A stretch of DNA of 26,574 bases from an uncultured Candidatus Babeliaceae bacterium (GTDB lineage: Bacteria; Babelota; Babeliae; Babelales; Babelaceae): positions 1 to 26,574 of the forward strand of contig CAYRPI010000002.1 in the NCBI GenBank assembly GCA_964426225.1, written 5' to 3'. The notes under the pieces are model-generated. The model saw nothing but the letters and a program-made list of their open reading frames with translations. It ran no database searches and was not told where the DNA came from. Below are positions 6,520 through 13,624 of the stretch, in pieces. The position numbers were made by a program, and so were the translations under genes. Position 1 is the first letter of the stretch, and each line of letters starts with the position of its first letter.

Positions 6520-8538
6520 ATGAAGAACCTTTTTAGGTCGTTTTTATGCATAGCGCTGCTTTCAGCAGTCAGCGTTATGGAAGGATCTTGTTGCAGCACA
6601 GGAGGATGTTGTTCAACAACTTCCTGTTGTACATCAACAGGGTCAGGTGACTGCTGTTCAGCACCAAAAACCTTATGGTTCCCTCGGTCAGCTGGTGATA
6701 ACATGGTTATCGACGCTCACCGCCTAGGTTACAAATACAACGAAGAATGTTGCACCTACGGGGAATTTGACGTTTCTTACCGCTACCAACGTAGCTTCAA
6801 AGGCGAACGCATTGCCCAAAGTCTTTTTGGAACATGTGGCCTCAGCTTTGTAGGTAGCCAAGATTCAACACGTACCACAACACCTCCAACAGTTGCAGCT
6901 AATGCTCTGTTAGCAGACTATTTTGGACTTTCACAAGCACAGAGCTTACTTACAACGTCGTTCTGCCCTCGCGTTCAAAACCACTGCATAGACTTCAAAC
7001 TCTATGTTGGTGCAGATGAACTTCTAGAAGGCCTCTACATGCAGCTCAGCCTTCCATTGATCCACACTAAGTGGCAATTGAGCGGCGGGTGCTGTGGCTC
7101 TAACAACAATGGTTGCTGCAACTCCTGCTGTGGCGACAGCTGCTGTGGTGATAGCTGCTGTGGAACAACCACCAGCACAACAACCACTACCACAACCTGT
7201 GGAATTGGGGGCTGCCAAACAGGTACACTCAGCACCGTTGCATTCCCTGCAGGTTACATGAGCAACATTGCAGCTGGTACAGTACCGGTTCTTACAAGCC
7301 TTGCTGATGCACTCAATGGCAAAGCCTTTGGTGATTTCCAAGGTCGTACCTATGGCAAATTCTCAGGCTGCTGTGATGCAACTAAGCTTGCCGGCGTCTA
7401 CTTTGACTTAGGTTACAATTTCTGGGAATGCCCAGACTATCACCTCGGTGTTTATGTAAAAGTTGTTGCCCCAACCGGTACCAACATGAACTGCGACACA
7501 CACGTCAAAAATATCTTCTCCCCTGTAGTTGGTGATTATCACTGGCAATTGGGCGGTGGTATTTCCGGCGCTGCAGAACTTTACAACTGTGAAGATGATC
7601 ACAAGATAACTGCATACCTACAAGGTTATGTAGTTCACTTGTTTGAACGCGAACAAGTTCGTGCATTCGATCTTAACAACGGTGTAATGAGCCGTTACAT
7701 GCTCGCTAAAGAGTTTACCTCTGCTACAACCTTAACCTATGCCAACAAACTATGGTCTGTGATCGACTGGTCGACACGTAAAGCCAAAGTAAAAGTTGAT
7801 GTAAAAGGTGAAGGTACACTTGAGTTTGTTTACAGCAACAGCTGTGGCTTCTCAGCTGGCATAGGTTATGAAATCTATGGCCGTTCAAAGGAAAAGATCT
7901 GCAAGATCTGTAATCTTTGCAACAGCACCATGGCCTCCAAGACCCTCGGTCTTAAAGGTACAGCACCAGTTCAAGCCCCTGGATATTACGTAAGTAATGC
8001 TGTTGGTCCCGTCTGGACTGCACTCACACCAAGCCTCAGTGTCTCCGCAACCCAAAGCACTGCGACAGCATACAAAGCAGGTCTAACCCCAACTACAGCC
8101 GGTACAACTACAGGCAGTTTGGTTGATAGCCCTGTACTAGTAAGTGTTCCAAACCCAGTCGTAGGCGCCAACGTTGGTGAAGCTGCATACGTCAATCCAT
8201 TGACCATGCCTACAACTGTAAATACAACAAACATTGCCGCCAACGCCTTGATAGAATCGTCATCAACTCCGGTAACAGTCATTACTTCCCCTGCTGGTGT
8301 AGTAACAACTATTACAGCTGCTCCAACCCTCCTCACAGACGACAACATTAACAAATGTTCCGCTGCGTTGAACGGCTACATAACCAACAAAGTCTTTGGA
8401 CATGTTGATTATACATGGGACGATTGTTGCTGGAAGCCATCGGTTTACGCTGGCGCTGAAGGTGAATTTGCTAGCTGCTCCGACAAGAACGCAATGAATG
8501 CGTGGGGCATCTGGATTGGAGGCGCTGTAGCCTTCTAA
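6520..8538 (+). CDS. Cys-rich exported protein, putative outer-membrane beta-barrel, paralogue 1 (672 aa)
   Basis: AGGAG SD, signal peptide, about 39 Cys by manual count, alternating-hydrophobic strands (LGVYVKVV, FSAGIGYEIYG, KVFGHVDYTW), C-terminal WGIWIGGAVAF. Block-wise similarity to the two downstream ORFs. Confidence 0.85.
   Translation: MKNLFRSFLCIALLSAVSVMEGSCCSTGGCCSTTSCCTSTGSGDCCSAPKTLWFPRSAGDNMVIDAHRLGYKYNEECCTYGEFDVSYRYQRSFKGERIAQSLFGTCGLSFVGSQDSTRTTTPPTVAANALLADYFGLSQAQSLLTTSFCPRVQNHCIDFKLYVGADELLEGLYMQLSLPLIHTKWQLSGGCCGSNNNGCCNSCCGDSCCGDSCCGTTTSTTTTTTTCGIGGCQTGTLSTVAFPAGYMSNIAAGTVPVLTSLADALNGKAFGDFQGRTYGKFSGCCDATKLAGVYFDLGYNFWECPDYHLGVYVKVVAPTGTNMNCDTHVKNIFSPVVGDYHWQLGGGISGAAELYNCEDDHKITAYLQGYVVHLFEREQVRAFDLNNGVMSRYMLAKEFTSATTLTYANKLWSVIDWSTRKAKVKVDVKGEGTLEFVYSNSCGFSAGIGYEIYGRSKEKICKICNLCNSTMASKTLGLKGTAPVQAPGYYVSNAVGPVWTALTPSLSVSATQSTATAYKAGLTPTTAGTTTGSLVDSPVLVSVPNPVVGANVGEAAYVNPLTMPTTVNTTNIAANALIESSSTPVTVITSPAGVVTTITAAPTLLTDDNINKCSAALNGYITNKVFGHVDYTWDDCCWKPSVYAGAEGEFASCSDKNAMNAWGIWIGGAVAF
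7126..7197 (+). repeat. In-frame 15-bp tandem repeat (CCGDS x2 + CCG) followed by a poly-Thr tract
   Basis: TGCTGTGGCGACAGC TGCTGTGGTGATAGC TGCTGTGGA, then ACA/ACC/ACT codons encoding TTTSTTTTTTT. Confidence 0.9.
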
Positions 8539-8580
8539 GGTTAAGCCTTTCACACCTAAAGACAGACAAAAACAAGCACA

Positions 8581-8616
8581 TAAGGCTCGGGATTTACGTC
8601 CCGGGCCTTATTTTTT
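8581..8616 (+). terminator. Intrinsic terminator after paralogue 1
   Basis: 12-bp stem TAAGGCTCGGGA / TCCCGGGCCTTA (one G-U), 6-nt loop, followed by TTTTTT. Confidence 0.85.
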
Positions 8617-8656
8617 GTCCAAAACCAAAATAGGGACGTAAAAATCCTCAAAAAAT

Positions 8657-8741
8657 AGTAAGCTCTTGTCAACAGTGCATAACAGGTTGTTGCTTGGCCA
8701 ACCATAACATCAGCCAAGTAGGTTCATCAGGAGTACTATTT
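8657..8741 (+). promoter_or_regulatory. Conserved leader upstream of paralogue 2 (candidate structured cis-element)
   Basis: Near-identical to 10811-10894; ends in GGTTCATCAGGAGTACT, which is also present before paralogue 1. Confidence 0.6.
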
Positions 8742-10784
8742 ATGAAGAGCCCCTTGAAATTTTTATGGAAAATCACACCGCGCTACACAGCGCTAGTACG
8801 CACCACCGTGCAGTGTGTCACCGTACTAACCGTTGTCAGCACACTCAACTCACAAGGCTGTTGCGACAGCTGCTGTAATTCAACATCAAGCACAAATTCT
8901 ACAGAAATGTGCAGCCCAAAAACCCTCTGGTTTAGCCGTTCTGCAGGCGACAATCTTGTACTTGATGCCCACCGCTTTGGCTACCGATATTCCGAAAATT
9001 GCTGCTCCTACGGCGCCTTTGGCATATCCTACCGCTACCAACAAACTACAGAAGGGAAACGCATAGCAGAAGGGCTATTTGGAGGATGTGGACTCAGTTT
9101 TGCCGGCAGTTTGGCCACCAGCCGTACCAACAGCACCGTTGCCACTATCTCCCTATTAGCCGATTATTTTGGATTGTCCCAAAAACAGGACAATCTCTCC
9201 ATCTCATTCTGCCCACGTATCAAAAATCATTGCCTAGACTTTCGCCTCTATGCAGGCCTTGAAGACGTTTTAGAAGGTCTTTATATGCAATTTAGCCTAC
9301 CGCTAATTAGCACCCACTGGGACCTAGCAGGCGGAAAATGCTGTTGCCCCTGCAACGCAAGTAACAACTGCTGCTCTACAGAGTGCTGTGCAGGCAGTGC
9401 CGCTATAACCACCGCTGCAGCCCCTAATACCGGCACCTCAACCTGTGGACTAAGCGGCTGCCAAATTGGCACGCTCAATGGCACACCTTTCCCTGCAGGG
9501 TACATGAGCAGCATAGCAAACGGCACCATAGCCCCTGTCTCCACTCTTTTAGATGCTCTTAATGGCAAAGGCTTTGGGGATTTTCAAGGCCGAACTTATG
9601 GCAAATTTTCAGGCACCACAGATGACACAAAATTCGCCGGCATCTACTTTGATCTAGGCTATAATTTCATAGAAGACCCCGACTACAACCTTGGAGTTTA
9701 TCTAAAAGTCATCGCTCCTACCGGGACTAATATGGGAAAAGATACCCATGTAAAAGAAATTTTCTATCCCGTAATCGGTGATTACCAGTGGCAACTGGGG
9801 GGAGGAATTTCAGGACACTGGGAGCTCTACAACTGCGAAAATAACCACACCGTTACCGCCTACCTACAAGGCTATGTTACCCATATGTTTGCAAGCGACC
9901 AGGTACGTGCATTCGATCTTACCAATGGAACCATGAGCCGTTACATGCTTATGAAAGAGTTTGTCTCAAACACCGATCTATCTTACAACAATAAATTATG
10001 GTCTGTAATCGACTGGTCCACACGTAAAGCCACTATAAACGTTGCATACAAGGGTGAAGGATTAATTGAATTTGTGTACCATCACCACTGCGGCTTCTCT
10101 GCCGGTGTTGGGTATGAAATTTATGGCCGTGCAAAAGAGACGATCTGCAAAGTTTTCGCTCCTTACAACAGCGCCTTTACCAGTAAAACTCTCGGACTTA
10201 AAGGTAATGCTCCGGTCTATGCAGATGGATATGTTGTTGACGCTACAGGTGGTGACCACTGGGTCATATTCCCACCCTCAACTGAAGTTCCCTACAACGT
10301 CTCTGCAACACAAAGCTCTGCCACCGCCTATAAATATGGAACCGTTGATAGCGCCATCACCGTCCAATTGCCCATCCCTTTCCCAACCCCAGCTGTAGTA
10401 GGTAATGCTGCTTATGTAAACTCCCTAACGTTCCCCGGGCTTACCAATCCTTCAGTTTTTGCAACGGATACAACAAACATCCAGTCAAACGCTCTACAGG
10501 AATCTGGAACAGGCCCTATCACAGCCATTGATGCTACAACAGGCGATATAACCGGTCTAACCCGCAACCCCACTATCCTCACAGACGACAATATAGACCG
10601 CTGCTCGGCGCTATTAAATGGATACATAACCAATAAAGTCTTTGGCCACATAGATTATATCTGGGACGATTGCTGCTGGGAACCTTCGGTCTATGCTGGA
10701 GCAGAAGGTGAATTTGGAAGCTGCTGCGACAAAAATGCTATGAATGCCTGGGGCATCTGGATTGGGGGATCGGTAGCCTTCTAA
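8742..10784 (+). CDS. Cys-rich exported protein, putative outer-membrane beta-barrel, paralogue 2 (680 aa)
   Basis: Start reassigned to ATG 8742 (AGGAG SD at 8729-8733, followed by a signal-like N-terminus). About 29 Cys, shared blocks (PKTLWF.RSAGDN, LLADYFGL, WQLGGGISG, NKLWSVIDWSTR), ends WGIWIGGSVAF. Confidence 0.85.
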   Translation: MKSPLKFLWKITPRYTALVRTTVQCVTVLTVVSTLNSQGCCDSCCNSTSSTNSTEMCSPKTLWFSRSAGDNLVLDAHRFGYRYSENCCSYGAFGISYRYQQTTEGKRIAEGLFGGCGLSFAGSLATSRTNSTVATISLLADYFGLSQKQDNLSISFCPRIKNHCLDFRLYAGLEDVLEGLYMQFSLPLISTHWDLAGGKCCCPCNASNNCCSTECCAGSAAITTAAAPNTGTSTCGLSGCQIGTLNGTPFPAGYMSSIANGTIAPVSTLLDALNGKGFGDFQGRTYGKFSGTTDDTKFAGIYFDLGYNFIEDPDYNLGVYLKVIAPTGTNMGKDTHVKEIFYPVIGDYQWQLGGGISGHWELYNCENNHTVTAYLQGYVTHMFASDQVRAFDLTNGTMSRYMLMKEFVSNTDLSYNNKLWSVIDWSTRKATINVAYKGEGLIEFVYHHHCGFSAGVGYEIYGRAKETICKVFAPYNSAFTSKTLGLKGNAPVYADGYVVDATGGDHWVIFPPSTEVPYNVSATQSSATAYKYGTVDSAITVQLPIPFPTPAVVGNAAYVNSLTFPGLTNPSVFATDTTNIQSNALQESGTGPITAIDATTGDITGLTRNPTILTDDNIDRCSALLNGYITNKVFGHIDYIWDDCCWEPSVYAGAEGEFGSCCDKNAMNAWGIWIGGSVAF

Positions 10785-10810
10785 AATTTTGCGTCTCGGG
10801 CCCTATTTGT

Positions 10811-10894
10811 AGTAAGCTCTTGAGCGAATGCATAACGGGTTGTCGCTTGGCCAACCACAACATCAGTCAAGTAGGTTCATCAGGAGTACTAAAT
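10811..10894 (+). promoter_or_regulatory. Conserved leader upstream of paralogue 3 (candidate structured cis-element)
   Basis: Only 4 substitutions versus the paralogue 2 leader between TGCATAAC and GAGTACTA. Confidence 0.6.
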
Positions 10895-12898
10895 ATGAAG
10901 AACCAATTTAAATTTTTATGGAGCACCACCGTGCTAAGTAGAGTGCATAGTATTGCATTACTAGCCCTAGTAAGCGCAAACAGTTTACACGGATGTTGCG
11001 GATGCGAATGCTCTGCAATAGGATTAGGGGGAACAGAAAACGATAGAAACGAACCCAAAACTCTCTGGTTTGGCCGTTCAGCTGGAGATAACCTGGTCAT
11101 TGATGGGCACCGCTTTGGATACAAACATGTCGAAGACTGTTGCACCTATGGCGATTTTAGCATCTCCTACCGTTATCAAAAAAACTTCCACGGAAAACGA
11201 CTAGCGGAAAGTCTCTTTGGAACCAGCACCCTAAATTTTGCCGGCAGCAGAGCCCCTAGTAGGATAAACACACCTGCAACCGTTGCCGACAATACACTTC
11301 TTGCAGACTATTTTGGTCTTGCTCAAGACACCGACAATCTCGCCGTCTCCTTTAATCCCTGCGTACAAAATCACACCATAGATTTTAAACTTTACATTGG
11401 GTTAAATGAACTGTGTGATGGACTTTATCTGCAATTTAATACCCCCTTAGTTCACACCAAGTGGAGTCTAAATAAATGCAACTCCTGTGACAGCTGCTGC
11501 AACTCATGCACCTCAAGTGGCTGCTATGGGACAGGACCCCTTCCCAGAGTTGTCTCAACAACCTGCGGTCTTAGCGGAGAAATAACGGGAACTCTTTCAC
11601 AAACGCTCTTCCCAGATGGCTACATGAGCTCCTACTACAAAATCACAACGCCTCCTTCAACAACGGCAAATCCTATTACCCCCCTCGCTTCTCTTGCAAG
11701 TGCTCTAAACGGCGCCCCATTCGGCGACTATCAAGGGAGGTCCTATGGCCGCTTTTCAGGGTACTGTAACGACACTAAATTTGCAGGATTCTACTGCGAT
11801 TTAGGGTACAATTTTCTCGAATGCCCAGACTACCACCTAGGCCTCTACCTAAAAATTGTCGCTCCTACCGGCACCGATATGAACAGCGAAAATCACGTAG
11901 CCAACCTCTTCTATCCCGTTATTGGTGACTTTCACTGGCAATTGGGAGGCGGTATTTCTGGCCATTGGGAGATCTATAACTGTGACGATGATCACGTCCT
12001 AACCGCTTATCTACAAGCCTATGCCACACACCTTTTTGGACGCGAACAAGTTCGAACCTTTGATTTAACTAATGGTCCTATGAGCCGCTACATGCTTATG
12101 AAAGAGTTTACCACTACAAATACCTATGCCAACAAACTCTGGTCTGTAATTGATTGGTCTACCCGCAGAGCAGAAGTAAAAGTGGATGCGAAAGGCGAAG
12201 CATTAATTGAATTTATATACAACAATAACTGTGGCTTCTCAGCTGGTATTGGATATGAACTGTACGGTCGCTCAAAAGAAAAGGTCTGCTGCCCTTATAA
12301 CACCCCACTCAACAGCTCCCTTGAAAACAAAATCGTTGGTCTCAAAGGCTGCGCGCCTGTTGATGCGCCGCTTTATGGATTAGCAGCTAATGTGGTCCAA
12401 GCTGGGGTTATAAACTCGTACTACAACGCTGCTTATCCTGCCCCAGCAACCCCCCATGGGCTAGGTTCAACTCAAAGTACGGCTACAGCATACACATGTG
12501 GAACCGTTGACAATAAAATTGCTCTTGTAGACGCCGTAACCAACAACGTTGTCTATTCAAACCCTCTAATCTATACCAATCCGGTTGGACTAACCGGCAC
12601 GACCGTTGCCGTAGAAGACTCGGCAACCGGTAATTTAGCAATCGCACCTGCAGGCAATGTAACCGGCCTTACCGCCAATCCAACAGTACTTACAGGTACC
12701 AGCCTTAATAGATGCTCTGCTGCCCTAAAAGGCTATATCACCAACAAAGTCTTTGGCCACATAGACTATACCTGGGACGATTGCCACAATTGGAAGCCTG
12801 TCATTTATGTGGGAGCAGAAGGAGAATTTGCAAGCCGCTGTGACAAAAATGCTATGAATGCCTGGGGCTTCTGGCTTGGAGGAAACATAGCATTCTAA
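10895..12898 (+). CDS. Cys-rich exported protein, putative outer-membrane beta-barrel, paralogue 3 (667 aa)
   Basis: Start reassigned to ATG 10895 (AGGAG SD). About 27 Cys, same conserved blocks, ends WGFWLGGNIAF. Confidence 0.85.
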   Translation: MKNQFKFLWSTTVLSRVHSIALLALVSANSLHGCCGCECSAIGLGGTENDRNEPKTLWFGRSAGDNLVIDGHRFGYKHVEDCCTYGDFSISYRYQKNFHGKRLAESLFGTSTLNFAGSRAPSRINTPATVADNTLLADYFGLAQDTDNLAVSFNPCVQNHTIDFKLYIGLNELCDGLYLQFNTPLVHTKWSLNKCNSCDSCCNSCTSSGCYGTGPLPRVVSTTCGLSGEITGTLSQTLFPDGYMSSYYKITTPPSTTANPITPLASLASALNGAPFGDYQGRSYGRFSGYCNDTKFAGFYCDLGYNFLECPDYHLGLYLKIVAPTGTDMNSENHVANLFYPVIGDFHWQLGGGISGHWEIYNCDDDHVLTAYLQAYATHLFGREQVRTFDLTNGPMSRYMLMKEFTTTNTYANKLWSVIDWSTRRAEVKVDAKGEALIEFIYNNNCGFSAGIGYELYGRSKEKVCCPYNTPLNSSLENKIVGLKGCAPVDAPLYGLAANVVQAGVINSYYNAAYPAPATPHGLGSTQSTATAYTCGTVDNKIALVDAVTNNVVYSNPLIYTNPVGLTGTTVAVEDSATGNLAIAPAGNVTGLTANPTVLTGTSLNRCSAALKGYITNKVFGHIDYTWDDCHNWKPVIYVGAEGEFASRCDKNAMNAWGFWLGGNIAF

Positions 12899-12917
12899 TA
12901 AAAGTTTCATGAACTTA

Positions 12918-12975
12918 AAACAAGAGAGTATGTTCGTATAAAAAAGTAATTTTGTGCGAACATACCCTCTTGTTT
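12918..12975. terminator. Long hairpin, probable bidirectional terminator between paralogue 3 and nth
   Basis: 26-position stem AAACAAGAGAGTATGTTCGTATAAAA / TTTTGTGCGAACATACCCTCTTGTTT with one mismatch and two G-U pairs, 6-nt loop, AT-rich flanks, between convergent genes. Confidence 0.75.
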
Positions 12976-12988
12976 ATTTAAATATGTA

Positions 12989-13624
12989 TTACCCACATTT
13001 TTCTAATTGCTTCATACAGGTGCATACTCTCTTGCCCGATTTGCAGACCCACTGACCCCAGGTAACGAACAGATGGTTTATCTGGCTCCACCTATTTCGT
13101 GGCGCCAGACGCTCTAATGCTCTCTCTGTCTCTTCTGGCGTTCTTGTTTTTACTATATGCATATGATTAGCAATACGATGCACATGGGTGTCAACACAAA
13201 TTGCCGGCACCCCAAAAGCCTCAGAGAGAACTAAGTTTGCCGTTTTTCGCCCCACTCCGGGCAGAGAAAGTAATTCCCCTTGCTCTTCTGGCACCTGCCC
13301 ACCAAACCGGTCTAATAAATCTTTGCTAACCATCTGCAGCGTCTCTGCCTTTTTTCTAAAAAATCCAATGGGACGCACAATACCCTCAAGCTCCTCTCTA
13401 GGCATAGCCACAAGCGCTTGCGGTGTAGATGCTCGCGCCCATAATTTCTTAACTACCGGATAGGTAGCAGTGTCCCGTGCACGCAAACTCAATAGACATG
13501 CAACCAAAATTAAAAAGGGATCGCGTCCAAACTCATGCACCAATTGAACAGAGAGTGGTGACGGGAACTCCGCCACCACTACATTCATTCGATCAAGAAT
13601 AGATTCAAATTCTATCCGCGTCAT
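12989..13624 (-). CDS. nth: Endonuclease III (HhH-GPD DNA glycosylase/AP lyase)
   Basis: PFLILVACLLS, PIGFFRKKA, LLSLPGVGRKTANLVL (HhH with catalytic Lys), VDTHV.R, C-terminal Cys cluster. ATG overlaps the thrS TAA (TAATG). Confidence 0.93.
   Translation of the reverse strand: MTRIEFESILDRMNVVVAEFPSPLSVQLVHEFGRDPFLILVACLLSLRARDTATYPVVKKLWARASTPQALVAMPREELEGIVRPIGFFRKKAETLQMVSKDLLDRFGGQVPEEQGELLSLPGVGRKTANLVLSEAFGVPAICVDTHVHRIANHMHIVKTRTPEETERALERLAPRNRWSQINHLFVTWGQWVCKSGKRVCTCMKQLEKCG

Noticed and set aside
8724-8730. CTGATGA (hammerhead core / fluoride-riboswitch-like motif) on the minus strand before all three paralogues
   Set aside because: It is simply the complement of TCATCAG next to the SD; the required GAAA partner and flanking stems are absent.
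8694-8741. Longer starts for paralogues 2 and 3 (TTG 8694, TTG 10820) given by the ORF track
   Set aside because: AGGAG sits at proper spacing before ATG 8742 and ATG 10895, a signal-like sequence follows, and the shared leader is in a different frame before paralogue 1. Kept only as an alternative explanation for leader conservation.
6520-12898. Diversity-generating retroelement or CRISPR-like origin of the repeats and variability
   Set aside because: No reverse transcriptase or cas gene, no near-identical template/variable repeat pair, differences are not adenine-restricted, and repeats are in-frame coding without unique spacers.
8390-12898. Gene-conversion mosaicism among the paralogues (e.g. 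a 27-nt identical tract GACAAAAATGCTATGAATGCCTGGGGC shared by genes 2 and 3; other blocks closer between 1 and 2)
   Set aside because: With three roughly equidistant sequences and strong protein constraint, such patches can arise by chance. It needs a formal recombination test (GENECONV/RDP) that I cannot run.
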